From Patellaria atrata CBS 101060 (taxonomy: Eukaryota): a stretch of DNA of 64,000 bases. Of the stretch, positions 1-12,773 are shown piece by piece; the first letter of the stretch is position 1; each line of letters opens with the position of its first letter. The stretch lies in NCBI GenBank assembly GCA_010093705.1, contig MU006111.1, positions 186,001-250,000 on the forward strand, given 5' to 3'. Under the pieces are notes generated by a model. The model was not told the DNA's origin, made no database searches, and saw only the letters and a list, made by a program, of their open reading frames with translations. A program made the translations under genes and the position numbers.

Positions 1-140
1 GACGATGTCCCCACATGTAAGTTACTGTAAGGTATTATCGTTTTACCCGACGCGTTTCGATCAAATGTTTTGATAAACATCCAAAAACATGAATATCACC
101 TCACCCTAAGATCGAAACAGACACTGATAGCTAGGGTTTA

Positions 141-167
141 AAGCATCGAAGCATCGAAGCATCGAAG
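141..167. repeat. 8-nt tandem repeat (AAGCATCG)x3 upstream of VAC14
   Basis: Read directly: aagcatcg aagcatcg aagcatcg aag. Confidence 0.9.
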
Positions 168-313
168 TCTCGTGCCACTCTACGCAATCGGACTCCTCTC
201 GTCCACTTTAGTCTGCCTGCCCCTCCCGTCAATCCTCAAGCTCCTGTCTTGTCTGTGCTCCTACCTACTCAGGACACATCGGTTATCATACTCTCATATA
301 GTTTACAACCACT

Positions 314-3300
314 ATGGATCCTAATATTCACAAAGCCCTAACCGACAAGATATATGACCGCAGAAAAGCTGGCGCGCTTGAGTGCGTGTCTTGACCTGTG
401 ACCCGCCTTCATTCCTACTCCGCACTAACATATTCAAATAGTTTAGAGAACCTTATTCGAGATTGTCTAGCAGCGAACGACCATGATAGAATAGCAAAGA
501 TAGTTCACCAGCTCTGCCATGACTATGCCTATGCTGTACATCAACCACACGCCCGAAATGGGGGTCTTATTGGTCTTGCTGCGGCATCGATTGCTTTAGG
601 AGGACTGGTATCATATACACTCAATAGCTGAATATTGCATTTTGAAACTAATCATATCTGTAGGAAGTTGCCCGATACCTCAAAGAAATAGTACCTCCTG
701 TCCTCGCCTGCTTCACAGATCAAGATGCTCGAGTCCGATATTACGCATGTGAAAGTATGTATAACATTGCAAAAGTAGCTAAAGGGGAGATATTATTATA
801 CTTCAATGAGGTCTTCGACGCTCTTTGTAAAGTAAGAAACGATGTAGGGGAGGAGTTGATCGTACAATCATCACTGACGAGCTCCCAGCTTGCGGCCGAT
901 TCAGAACTCTCAGTGAAGAACGGCGCGGAGCTACTAGATCGCCTTGTGAAAGACATCGTATCGGAATCAGCAGCGTCATACGTCTCAATACTGGAAGAGA
1001 AAGAAGGGGAGGCTTCCGACGAGGCTATCAAACCAGAAGAGAGTCCTGAGGGCGAGGACGATAATCGTACAAAATCATTCTCGCTCGCACGATTTATACC
1101 ACTGCTACAGGAGCGGATCATGGTCATTAACCCCTATACCAGGACATTCTTGGTCTCTTGGATAAACCTACTTGATTCGATCCCCGAACTGGAGCTTGTT
1201 GCATACCTACCCGCTTTCTTAGGAGGCCTCTTTAGATTCCTAAGCGATCCCAACCAAGATGTGCATACCGCAACCGCCACCTGTCTCGACCGTTTTCTTT
1301 CCGAGATCAAAAAAATAGCTAGGATAAAGCGAGGGATCGCAGAAAGTCGGAAAAGTGCGGAGGGTGTGAAACGATCTAGTTCCGGCACTGGGAGCGGCAG
1401 TCCGAGCTTAGAGAGTGACAATGGTAGTACAGGGGTCGATCCAGGTGATAAAACTGAGGCGGAAGGGGAGGGAGGCACTAGCGATGATAGTGGATCCGAC
1501 ACTGGAAACGATGAGAAGACGGTCAGCGGTGAGGAAGAGTGGGTGCCGGGTCAAGACGTGCAAATTGACCATGCTGCAATCCTTGATATACTTGTCACAT
1601 TTTTATGTGATTCGTCCGGTTAGTTCTGATCTGGATTTGGATTCGATGGTATTAACATTGAATAGTAGAGGAAGTGCAGCTCACCACGCTTCGCTGGATC
1701 GACACTTTCTTTGAGATATGCCCAGAAGATATCCTGCAATTCGCCCCTCGTCTCCTGTCCCAAGTTCTCCCTGCAGTGTCAAGCGATGTGGATCTAGTGC
1801 GAGTGGCCGCAAATCGAGTGAACACCTCGCTCATGGAATATATCATGACCTTGTCCGATGAAGATGGAAAGACTCAGAGTGCTTCTCACTCCCAAGTACA
1901 AAACCTGGCAACTACAAGTGGTGACCGTAGGGAATCGGCCATTTCACTCAGTAGATCTTCGAAACCAGAAAATAAAACTCCAGAGGTCAAACCAAGGACG
2001 GATGTGCGGACTCCCACTCCGGCTGGTGATATCACTTCTGCTCCTTCTCCGCCATCCCAACCATCCCCCGTGGCTGATCTAGACTATGAGGGAACCATTA
2101 ATTCTCTGACCCTGCAATTCTTGAACGAGCATGAAGCTACTCGTGTAGCTGCTCTTCAATGGTTAATAATGCTTCACAAGAAAGCGCCGCGGAAGGTATG
2201 GATGTTACTACATATGCCTAACATTGCTAACTAACATGTTACAGCTGATGTCTATCAACGATGGCACATTTCCCGCCCTCCTTAAGACGCTCTCTGATCC
2301 GTCGGAAACTGTCGTCACCCGGGATCTTCTTCTACTCTCCCAGATATCACAAAATAGCGATGACTCTTACTTTACTTCATTTATGGTGAATCTACTCAAG
2401 CTATTCTGTACTGATAGGAGACTTCTAGAAACGCGTGGAAACCTTATCATCAGACAGTTATGCATGAGTCTGAGCGCAGAACGCATTTATCGTACTCTAG
2501 CTGACTGTTTAGAGAAAGATGAAGATATTGAATTCGCTAGTATAATGGTACAAAACCTCAACAATAATCTCATTACCGCACCTGAACTCGCCGAACTAAG
2601 AAAACGCCTTCGGAACCTGGATAATAAGGATGGACAAATTTTCTTTCAGGCACTTTTCAAATCTTGGTGCCATAACGCAGTGGCCACATTTTCTTTATGT
2701 TTACTTGCACAGGCATACGAACAAGCGTACAATCTACTCCAGATATTCGGGGAGCTTGAGATGACAGTCAACATGCTCATCCAGATCGACAAGCTCGTCC
2801 AGCTCCTAGAATCACCTGTCTTCACTTGTAAGAGTCTACCTTATACGAAGGACCGCACAAATAATAACAAATGTAGATCTCCGCCTCCAACTCATAGAAC
2901 CCGAGCGCTACCCCTACCTTTACAAATGCTTATACGGCCTTCTCATGCTTCTCCCTCAATCCGCCGCCTTCTTCGCCCTCAAAAATCGCCTCAACAGCGT
3001 CAGCGCAATCGGTTATCTTCCCACCAGTCAACGAGCGTAAGTTACCGCTCAACACCTCCCCCTATTCCATCCCGCTCCTTTACCCACCTTCCTATTCACA
3101 AACCTCAGCAACTAACTTGATATATCACAGCGCACCCAACACCCCCGGCGTCCCCAACTTCGAGCGTCCCGCCCGCCTCAAAGCCCGCGAGGACGGCAGC
3201 ATCCGCTGGGTCGAGCTCCTCGACAAATTCAAACAGGTCCAAGAGCGCGCGCGTCGGGACGCACGCTTAAAATCCGGTCTTAGCGTCCAAGACACGATTG

Positions 3301-3539
3301 AGGATGAGAACAGTCTCACCGCTCCGACGGTGCTCGAGAAGGATAAGAAGACACTCACGCTGTTGACGAGGGAGCCGGGTAGACCGTCGAGTGCGGCGAG
3401 TGGGCGCCTCGTCTCGGTGGCCGGGGCTCAAGCACAAGGGGCTGGGCAGGGAAGCGGGCAGGGGCATAGTAAGAGGAGCAGTTTCAGCCGGTTGGGAGGG
3501 CTGGCGGGGGGTGTGAGGGGAAGTAAGGCGAAGAAGTAG
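314..3539 (+). CDS. VAC14: Vacuole morphology protein Vac14 (HEAT-repeat scaffold of the Fab1/PIKfyve complex), multi-exon
   Basis: ATG at 314 ([23 protein letters not shown]). ORF pieces [54 protein letters not shown] and [14 protein letters not shown] match Vac14. GT-AG introns join the pieces; stop TAG 3537-3539. Confidence 0.95.
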
Positions 3540-4112
3540 AACTTAGAATAGAGGTCGCTTCGTTTCCCTGTGTATAAGATATTTCTCCGTCTGCATCTGG
3601 AGTCGGGGAATGTGGGATGCGTTCATAGCGTTGCGCTCTTGAATGTTAGGTATCTGTATGAGTATGGGTTTGCGCGGATAGTACATTCAATGCATTTTCA
3701 TTTGAAAGAGTTCAATTTTCCCCGTTTTGCGTTGATAGTGTCGGTTTGGAGGTTTACGCATCAGTAGGGACGGAGTAAAAGCTTATGTATTGATCGAAAA
3801 TCTCTTCACCGTCAGACGCGGTTGACCGATTAACTTTATTGTCTCTCGGGAATCCGCTGGTTTAGCTACCCATCTCCACTTCCTTTGCCTGCGTGTTTCA
3901 AAACATGGTTCCCGTCCACCCATCCCGCTCAGGCGGCTAGTCATATCTCCTCCACATGCTACTGATTCGGTCTATCCAGCAACCCAGGTCCTACGCTAAA
4001 GTTAAAGACTGAGGATAAGTTTATCCATCCTTGCGCCCCCTCGTCATCGATATACCCCCCATACACGGCCACATCTCCGATGGCGTGGCCTTCTAGCTCA
4101 GGCAAATCCAGT

Positions 4113-5045
4113 TCAACCCCCTTTACGCGGCGCAATGGGCGTTGCGACCCTGCTGTTCTGCTGTTGAGGAACCTTGCCGCCGTGCTGTGCGTTCATCGCT
4201 GGCCCCTTACGGCGGGAGTAGTAGTCTTCCAGCATCTTCTTGACCTGGACGAGGGAGTTCTGCTTGTCCTTGGGGGCGGCGCAGGCGTCGAGGGTGTAGG
4301 GCTGGGAGATGATGACGGCGTCGTTGACGATGATTTGGGTGTCGTGCCAGCGGGTTGGGAGACTGTTCGTATGCGGTGTTAGCTGTTTGAGAACGAAAAG
4401 GATCCGAGGAAGAGAAAAGTTAGGGAAAGGGGAAGAGACGGAGGGGAGGGATTACACACCGCTTCAACAGGAACTCGAACAGCTCCTGCGCTTCTTTACT
4501 CACGCCCCTCGCGCGCATTGCCTCTTTCTCTTTGAGCTTCTTTACCGCCGCGGCCTCTCGCGCGCGCACGAAGTCAAGGTCAACCTTCGTGATGGCGGGG
4601 ATCGCGTGCTCAAAGCCGGAGCCGCCGTCGGACTCCTGAGAGAGGGAGATGAGCTCGAAGGAGCGGATGTGCGTGACCGGAATGATGTGGTAGTCCCCTG
4701 GTTGTGCTGAAAGGGTCGAGGACGGGTTGGGAGGAGCGGGAGTGGTGTTGATGGCGATGAGGTTGGTGGTGGGACAGGCGGCGAAGAGGGTGCCTTCTAG
4801 GGTGGTGTTGGCGAGGGAGAAGGTGACTTTGATACTATTGATATTATATCAGCACCTAGCGTATAGATATGGGAGATATATGAACGTTCGCCGTCCCGCA
4901 AACCCTCGTTCGAAATAACTTTGGTTGAAGCTTACCGCGCACCCACAGCCCTGCTCAAATCCGCACCCAGCGCGTCCATACTCTGACCTCCAACCTTCGG
5001 CGTCGCGACCTTACCAGCCATAGGATTCCTCTTACCATCTGCCAT
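4113..5045 (-). CDS. LSM12: Lsm12-like protein (LSm domain plus anticodon-binding domain), 3 exons; missed by the ORF track
   Basis: Manual translation gives MADGKRNPMAGKVATPKVGG...AVGAR/IKVTFSLANTTLEGTLFAACPTTNLIAIN...GDYHIIPVTHIRSF...GVSKEAQELFEFLLKR/...LPTRWHDTQIIVNDAVIISQPYTLDAC...APRKGG*. Intron 1 has a GTAAGC donor and TAG acceptor. Confidence 0.85.
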
Positions 5046-5689
5046 TCTCACCAAGGAACAGAGGAAAGAAAAAAAAAAAAAGAAAACTTCCCCTTCGGGT
5101 GCTGATTTCACGCGGTTACGGGGACAGCATGCGAGGGTTAGTAAAAATTAATTATGCGGGCCAAAGAAAAGAGCGACAAGAAAAGGAATTTGAAGAAGGG
5201 GAAAGTGTTGAGATTGAGTTGAGACGCCCAACTTTCTCCACGTCCTGGGCGAAGGACGGAAAGTCACGATAGTTGAATGCAAAGTCCTTGGGTTTAATTC
5301 TAGGAAAGGTGACAGGCGAGGAGATGCGTACCAAGACCGGGCCGTACTTGCATCTGTCCGTCCCGCAACCACCTCAACAACTCATGCATCCAAAAGAAAC
5401 CTTGGAATATCCCTACTAGGACACACTGTCATAAGTTCACAACCACGAGCTCCTTTCTGTCTTCGCCTTAAACCAGCTTCACCATTTATCTATACGATCT
5501 AGCAGTTAAAAAGACCTGCTTCTCGTTCGTCTTATTTTGGATGTACTTTCGTTCATGCCCGTTTCCTGAGACTAAATCCCAACTTACAAGCCGACGAATT
5601 ACGAATATCATCAATCTAATCTACGCTCCTTTGCCGGTGCTACCATCCTATCGTCATCTACTTGATACCGAAAACAGATACCGTTCCCT

Positions 5690-7433
5690 TTATGCGTTAT
5701 AGGTCGATGCTGAGACGTTTCCACCCCTGCCAGTCCAGTTGACGTGAATGTTCTTACCCTCTGGATATTGCTCGCTGGCCGCCTCTGGCTTGATCTTGAA
5801 TGTGTGAGCACCGAAGTAGTCACGTTGAGCTTGTAGCAGATTTGCGGGGAGGTCCTTGGCGCGATAACCATCGTAGAAACTCAACGCAGTGCTGAACGCT
5901 GGTGTGGGAATACCCCATAGAGCACCTTTAGAAACGATGTTTCTCCAGCCAGGCTGAGCCTTATGGATGGCCTTGGTGAAGAAGTTATCGAACAACAGGT
6001 TCTCTAGATCTGGGTTGCTGCGGTAAGCGTTGGTGATATCCTTCAGGAAGACTGAGCGGATAATGCATCCACCGCGCCACATGAGTGCAATTTCAGGCTT
6101 GTTAAGCTTCCAGGAGTAGTCTTTCGCGGCCTTTATTTACAGATTAGCAGTCAGTCACCAGTTTAGAATCAACGATAACTTACGTTCTGGATTAACATGA
6201 AACCTTGAGCGTAGGAAATAATCTTAGATGCGTAGAGAGCCTGCTCTAAGTCGTCGATGACTTGTTGCTTATCACCTTCAAACTTGGGAGTAGGTCCCTC
6301 AAGTAACTTAGAAGCGCGTCCACGCTCAGCTTTAAGGGAACTCAAGCAACGAGCAAACACAGCTTCACCAATCAGGGTCACAGGCATGCCTAGGTCGAGA
6401 GCATTGATTGCAGTCCATTTGCCAGTGCCTTTCTGGCCGGCAGAGTCGAGGATGTGGTCGAGGAGATCCGGATCAGTTTTATCCTCGTACAAGAGGATGT
6501 CTCGGGTGATCTCGATCAAAAAAGAATCAAGCACGCCCTTGTTCCATTGGGAGAATACCTGACCCATTTCCTTGTTAGACATACCGAGTCCACGTTTCAT
6601 GATATCGTATGCCTATTCGTCACTGTAAGTAAATCTTCGTGGCCTCTTCACAGTTGATCATACCTCAGTAATGAGCTGCATATCACCGTACTCAATACCG
6701 TTGTGCACCATTTTGACGTAGTGGCCTGCACCTTCGTCACCTACCCACTGACAGCAAGGCTCACCGTCACTCTTGGCTGAAATGCTTTGGAGAACGTCTT
6801 TGATGTATGGCCAGGCCTCCTCGTTACCACCGGGCATAATGCTAGGACCATATCTGGCACCTTCCTCACCACCAGAGACGCCGGAACCGACATAGCGGAT
6901 GCCCTTTTCTTGGAGGTACTTCGTTCTGCGGTTGGTATCCGGGTAGTGAGAGTTACCGCCGTCAATGATGATATCACCTGCTTCGATACCACCCTTGGTG
7001 AGTAGAAGCTCGATGAAGTCGTCGACCGGCTTGCCGGCCATGACCAGCATCATCATGCGGCGGGGTTTCTTCAGCTTCTGCACAAATTCCTGGATCGAGT
7101 GGGCGCCCACGATAGACTTGCCCTTAGCCTCATTTGCCAAAAACAGGTCGACCTTTTCAATCGTACGGTTGAAAGCTACGACGGTGAAACCATGATCCGC
7201 AGCGTTAAGGATCAGATTTTGACCCATACTATGTTTGCCATTATTTCTCAGATCGAGCGGAGTTCGTACGGAGAGAGCTTACACGGCCTGGAAACTGTCA
7301 GAATAGCGCAGATGAGGGTGACTTCAACATTCGAGGAACTCACCAGGCCGATGAGACCAAAATCACCACTAGGAACAATTTGCGCAGGCCCGCCCACGTT
7401 GATGCGGGCAAGGCGCGCATTCGCGTTAGCCAT
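5690..7433 (-). CDS. GND1: 6-phosphogluconate dehydrogenase, decarboxylating
   Basis: DFGLIGL/AV/MGQNL Rossmann motif, IIIDGGNSHY, GVSGGEEGARYGPS, YVKMVHNGIEYGDMQLI, QKGTGKWT, WRGGCIIRS and QAQRDYFGAH. Four introns, including two flanking a 5-nt exon at 7283-7287. Confidence 0.97.
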
Positions 7434-7882
7434 TATTTCAGTTTTCGATTTCATAAACGCTGAAAAAGAGAAGGAAGGGAGTAGATGCAGGAGTGTTGGT
7501 GAGTCAGAAACGGAAAAAGGAAAATCGAGGCCGACGGTTATCTGAGCATAAATGGTGGGGTTATGGGGATGGAGTGAGGGCGAGCGCGAACTTACACTGC
7601 TGTTTCAGAGCTCATCTTGGAGAATTGGTCGGGACTGGTAGGAAGAGAAAAGAAGTTTAGGTTGATGGAATGAATTGAATATTTCTGCGGACAGATGAGC
7701 GTTGAGAGACGGAGAGTTGTCTTTAAAAAGGCCGAAGAATGATGAGGTGGGACGCAGGTGTTGGAATCGGAGGGGTAATTGGGGGGTCAAGGCTTCAAAA
7801 AGTCCACTACCTGGTATGGTAAGGTTAATAACCTTATTAATGGCGGGGCTGCGGGCTAACCTAAGGTAGGGTAAGGTAAGTA

Positions 7883-7914
7883 ATCTTCATGTTATACGAT
7901 CTTCACGTTATACG
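7883..7914. repeat. 16-nt tandem duplication ATCTTCAYGTTATACG x2 in the GND1/RRM divergent promoter
   Basis: Read directly at 7883-7898 and 7899-7914, with one mismatch. Confidence 0.8.
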
Positions 7915-8726
7915 GGGTATCAGTACCATACACCTCAGGCGTGACCTGAGTGATAGAAAGTACTTTTATCTCTTCCGGTGTGGAGGTAGATACCTTACCG
8001 AGCAAAGTAAGTCATGCCAGTGACTTTGCAACCCAGCGGAAAAAGGTTCCAGCTTATTTATACTACCGTATCATTCATTCTTCAGTTCTCCGGAGTCACT
8101 CGATTCTCTCCACTACTTGTCGATGATGGCTTATCACGGGATCTGCAAGAAATCCACCACGACCCTTGGCCGTTGTGAAGGAACGATTTGTGGCTTCGAG
8201 GGCTTATGTTCACTACTGTATCGGCGTCTCTGCATCATTCCATTGCTGTACATCTCCCTGCGCGAAACGCTCCGAGTCCATACGCTTGACTGCTTTGGGC
8301 GGCAACTGTACCCGTCACACCCGTTCCGAAAATTTAACCAAAGCGGTAAGGTAGCCGTGAGTAAGCTAGCCTAAAAGCCGCTTGGTTCTTTAGAGACCTT
8401 CGGGATGGAACAACTATTTGCCATTAGGGCTAATAAACCTCAGGTCCACTCTTTCTTCAACGGCTGCCCAACCGTGCTATACGCCCTGAACCTCAATCCA
8501 ATCACTTTCCCAATAAACTCGATCAGTCATCCTTCTGCAGATTGCTCAAGTATCTTCTAATCAAATACTCTTTATTAATCCCTCGCTGTTACTAACCTTT
8601 GACGGCGCCCCCATTCCCCAAACCCGCATCGCCTGGGGCATTCGTGGGACTACGCCACTAGCTTGTCACGGATAGGGTATTGTAAGTTCTGTCATACTCA
8701 AATATATCCGACTGTGCATATTCATC

Positions 8727-9896
8727 ATGGCATATCCACCTCCTCCAGGTTTCCAAAACTCCCAAGGCAACAAAACAACGCCATCAACTCTACATCCCTC
8801 CCTCCCCGCTCGACCTCCACCCACTGTGAATTCCCTTCCAGCCTCCAAACCGGGCATCAACTTGAGTAAGAATCAGACATCTACCGGCTATGCTGCCTTC
8901 ACATCTTTTACTCCGCGTTCCGTGGCCGCGCAAAATGCTAGCTGGAACCCTAATCCTCCCACGGTCGCGGTTGGTCCGACTCCCCCGACTGGAAATATGA
9001 ACCTTGGAGCTCAATACACAGGAGGTGGGTATCAAGCACATCTCTACCAGCAACAACCGTACTACCAGACACCTAGCCAAGAAGCGTATGCTCAACCTAC
9101 CCCCCCTCAAATTCGCAATCCCTTTGCGCCACCGGGACAAAATGGTGCGGGCCGCGGACAAGGCTACGATGGCTTCGGACTAGACGAGGAAGCTTCACAA
9201 ATAGCGCAATGGCAAAGTGCCTATATGCCTAGTGCAGATGGTGGGAAGAGTGCAGGTAAAGGCCGTGGTGAAGGGGCAGCGTCAGCTGGTGGCGCCAATG
9301 CGATCCCCCTTGGAAATCAGCGAAGCATTGCACCACCAACTCATGCGGAAGTGAACTCGTTGGCGAACTCCGAATCAGCTTCGGCTCTAACTACTTCTGG
9401 ACCTGACGGCAAGCGAAAGACTGTGGTCCGAAGCGGTGGTGGTGCCACATGGCAAGACGATACCCTTCTCGAGTGGGATCCCAACCATTTCCGCATCTTT
9501 GTCGGTAACCTTGCCGGTGAGGTTACCGACGATTCTCTGTATAAGGCATTTTCGAAATATCCCTCCATCCAGAAGGCTAGGGTTGTCCGAGATAAAAAGA
9601 CTACCAAAAGCAAAGCTTATGGCTTTGTCAGTTTTAGCGATGGTGACGATTACTTCCTAGCCGTGAAGGAAATGAACGGAAAGTATATCGGGAGTCATCC
9701 TGTGACTATTAAGCGGGCCGAAACGAAAATCAAAGCCGTTACCGTTAAGGACCAAAAACACAATAACAATAAAAGACATCATGGAAACGGATCGAGTGTT
9801 CAGAATAAGCATTCCAATGCGGCTGGATCAGTAACAGGCGCCGGTATTAGCAAGAAGCAACCGAAGGAGAGGAATGGTCTGAAGATTTTGGGTTGA
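8727..9896 (+). CDS. RRM RNA-binding protein, RBM42-like
   Basis: Single 389-aa ORF with a low-complexity P/Q/G N-terminus, then WQDDTLLEWDPNHFRIFVGNL (RNP2) and KSKAYGFVSF (RNP1). Confidence 0.85.
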   Translation: MAYPPPPGFQNSQGNKTTPSTLHPSLPARPPPTVNSLPASKPGINLSKNQTSTGYAAFTSFTPRSVAAQNASWNPNPPTVAVGPTPPTGNMNLGAQYTGGGYQAHLYQQQPYYQTPSQEAYAQPTPPQIRNPFAPPGQNGAGRGQGYDGFGLDEEASQIAQWQSAYMPSADGGKSAGKGRGEGAASAGGANAIPLGNQRSIAPPTHAEVNSLANSESASALTTSGPDGKRKTVVRSGGGATWQDDTLLEWDPNHFRIFVGNLAGEVTDDSLYKAFSKYPSIQKARVVRDKKTTKSKAYGFVSFSDGDDYFLAVKEMNGKYIGSHPVTIKRAETKIKAVTVKDQKHNNNKRHHGNGSSVQNKHSNAAGSVTGAGISKKQPKERNGLKILG

Positions 9897-10348
9897 GAGA
9901 TCAAGTTCGAATCAGGGAAGTCTTCCGCATTTGCTTTCGTACGGAACTTATGTCCGTCCTGAAGCGATGGTTAGATTCTCGGCTGAGTTTTTGTATTATA
10001 TTGACGTGTAGTGGACGAGAGAAGCGGACACATGCTTCGCATTAGTGTTATAGCTGGTTTACATTTTCTAATAGCAAACCGCTGCCGATGAACGGACAAG
10101 CGGGAAGATAATGTGAATTGAAAACAGTGGAGGCTTTGATTAAGGCTGGTGAGGTACTGTTGGAGGGTACGCACATGACATCGTGATGAATTGCGCCGGT
10201 TGATTCTCGGGCTGCGGAGCGATGGACGACCGCCTACACGTCAACGAGACGATAGCAGTACAACTTCCCACCATCTCGTCTTTGGTACCTCTTTCGTATT
10301 CCCTTTAGCAGAGGTTTTCACCCAAGTATTGATGAGAGAATCGTACAG

Positions 10349-11281
10349 ATGGTTCATCTTATCATGACCACTACCATCGCGGCAGCTGTCCAGGAATGTC
10401 GCTCCCTGTTCCCTGACCACGAGCTCTGGAGCTCCTCCGAGCCCTCTATCTCAGATCTCGCGCCTGGCAATCCCATATCACACACTCAACTCATCGAACT
10501 CTCCAACCTACTAAAGAAGCTCGACTGCGCCTCCTCCGAATCTAGCCCTCCTGAAACTTCTCTCCCGCGCACCCTAAACGACCTGCTCAGGGGTAGCGCA
10601 CTGTACACCCCCCCACCTGCCCCAAAGCCACAAAAGGTATCCCACCCCTTTTCACGAATCACCACAGAGCCGTGAGCTGATGCTAACCCTCTTTGCAACC
10701 AGACCCCCGAATACGAAGCCTTAATGTCCCGCTTGCGCGCGACGGCCGAGTCCCAGACTTACAGCACCCTCCTCTCCCCTTCCTCCTCCATCTCCCAGCC
10801 CTCCTTCTCCACAATTTCCCCCACCCAAGATGGAGAGGACGGTATCACGTACGCGGATCTCCATCGCCAGGCTACCCTCGTTCTCAATATGGTCGTCTCG
10901 GTCCTCGCGTGCGGCGTTGCAATCTTCATCGCGGCCCGCTGGTGGGATGCGCCTGCTAGAGTGGCGCTTGCGATGGGCGGGGCGCTTTTGGTAGCCGTCG
11001 CGGAGACTGTCGTGTATTGGGGTTATTTGAGGAGGGTGGAGGAGGCGAAGGAGAGGGAGGTGAAGAAGGCGAAGGGAGAAGTGAGGAAGGTGGTGGGACG
11101 GTGGGAAGTGGGGGGGAAGATGGATGGGGAGAAGGCCAAAGCCAAACGAGCACAGAAAGGGGTGGAAGGTATTGAGAGTTTAGAGATGCTTACGGGAGTG
11201 AGTGAAGATAGCATGAGTGTAGGTGAGAGCAAATCGGAGAAGGGAAACACGGTCAAGTTGAGGAAGGGGAAGAAAAAGTAA
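10349..11281 (+). CDS. VMA12: ER V-ATPase assembly factor Vma12/Vph2 (TMEM199 family)
   Basis: MVHLIMT start, LNDLLRGSALYTPPP, intron 10637-10702, TPEYEALMSRLR, two TM helices and a C-terminal dilysine ER-retrieval tail (KGKKK). Confidence 0.8.
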
Positions 11282-11328
11282 AGGTTCCTATCTACTGGAG
11301 ATCTGGGGATTTATCTATCCTCGGGGGA

Positions 11329-12690
11329 CTACTTTGCATAGTGACACTTCACACCCCTATATACCTTCTCCCCTTCCGTCGCCTCCACCTTCTTTGCCCT
11401 CCTCAATGCCTCCTTCTCTAACCGGCTACCAATCTCCTCTCTCCACCTCTCAATCTCCACAAAAGCCCCCCGAAACCTCTCCATACCATAAACCGCTCCT
11501 AACACTCTCCCAAAATGACCCCTCACCGCTTTCTTCGCCTCCAATACAATATCTTCCAACAAACCCAGCGTCCCCTCGTCGAACCCCACGCCCCCGTTGT
11601 CCATCTCTTTCAACAGGGAGATGATGCCGTCAAAATTCCCGTACCGCATCCAGTAGATCCCGATTAGCTCGTTGTAGAGTAAAGTGCTTGCACCGAGGGC
11701 GTAGGAGGAGCGGCCGAGGGATTTGACGGTGGGGAGGATGTTGAGGACAAGAGAGGATGCAGGGAAGGAGGAGCGGAGTTGCCGGGTTGATAGGAGGAGG
11801 AGGGTGGGGTAATTGGGAGCGAAAGACGCGAGGGTGTGCCAACTGCTTTGGGCAAATGCCTGGAGCTTCTCTCGGGCGTTGTCTTCGGTAGGGCTTTCTA
11901 TCTTGGCTTTAGGCAGTCTGCCTGGCTTTTTGGACGTCTCTTTTGCGGGTTCGGGATCCTCATCAAGTTTAAGTCGCTTGATGACGGAGAAGACTTCTCT
12001 CTCGAGGACGTCCCAAAGTTCGACGTCGGTTTTAGCGGTACGGAGGAGGGTTTCAATCCTATTTGCTTCTTCGCTCTGCTTCGTCTGGATGGGAAGGACT
12101 TCTTCTTCGGTTAGTTGTAGTCGAGCTTGTTCAATATCCCCAAGCTCTTCCTGGGCACCATGTCGTTTCATCATTGATTCAAGAACTGGCGGCATGCGCA
12201 CTTCTACTTCTCGTCTCCGTGGCTTCTGGGGTCGCTCATTATCTGCTTTAAGTTCTTGTTGTACTGATTTGATCCCTGCAGCTATCCCAAACAACCGTTC
12301 GAATGCTGCACGCTCCTGATCCGTTATCGTAGATGGTTGCGTGTATCCTCTACTATCCTCTCTGCTTAAAATATCTTGTTCTAGTTCTTCTAACTCTGTT
12401 GCGCTTTGCTTCTCTTTCGTTTCGCTATCAAACGGGAGATAGTCGGAGTCGTGATAAATCTTCGGTTCCCAAAGATTTTGGGGACGGTTCTTCCCAGCCC
12501 ACCCATAGCTTATGCGTCTCGAGTTGGGATGCGCATGAGTTCGTTCGGGCGCTGAACTATGAGAGTAGTGATCCTGCTGAATGGTACGTGTCTGATAGAG
12601 GAATGGTAGGAGAGTCGTAGAAGGAGCAATTGGTTGGACAATAGTATTCCATAGCGTAGATCGACATCGGAGAGTCCTATAATTACTCAT
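11329..12690 (-). CDS. Mitochondrial Mtf2-like protein
   Basis: 453-aa ORF with an Arg-rich presequence-like start, LLPFLYQTRTI, STITDQERAAFERLF, AKTDVELWDVLEREVF and SYALGASTLLYNELI, as recalled for fungal Mtf2-like proteins. Confidence 0.7.
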   Translation of the reverse strand: MSNYRTLRCRSTLWNTIVQPIAPSTTLLPFLYQTRTIQQDHYSHSSAPERTHAHPNSRRISYGWAGKNRPQNLWEPKIYHDSDYLPFDSETKEKQSATELEELEQDILSREDSRGYTQPSTITDQERAAFERLFGIAAGIKSVQQELKADNERPQKPRRREVEVRMPPVLESMMKRHGAQEELGDIEQARLQLTEEEVLPIQTKQSEEANRIETLLRTAKTDVELWDVLEREVFSVIKRLKLDEDPEPAKETSKKPGRLPKAKIESPTEDNAREKLQAFAQSSWHTLASFAPNYPTLLLLSTRQLRSSFPASSLVLNILPTVKSLGRSSYALGASTLLYNELIGIYWMRYGNFDGIISLLKEMDNGGVGFDEGTLGLLEDIVLEAKKAVRGHFGRVLGAVYGMERFRGAFVEIERWREEIGSRLEKEALRRAKKVEATEGEKVYRGVKCHYAK

Positions 12691-12773
12691 TTTAAAGGAA
12701 CGTCAGATGGAAAGATTTAAACGATGAGGTCGGGTAGCACCGAAAGGAGGCATTAAACTTGGGGCTTGGCATG

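Noticed and set aside
4080..4918. Plus-strand ORFs of 100, 133 and 63 aa
   Set aside because: Antisense shadows of the LSM12 exons.
8117..8374. 85-aa and 62-aa ORFs between GND1 and the RRM gene
   Set aside because: No recognisable motifs or splice structure; probably promoter DNA.
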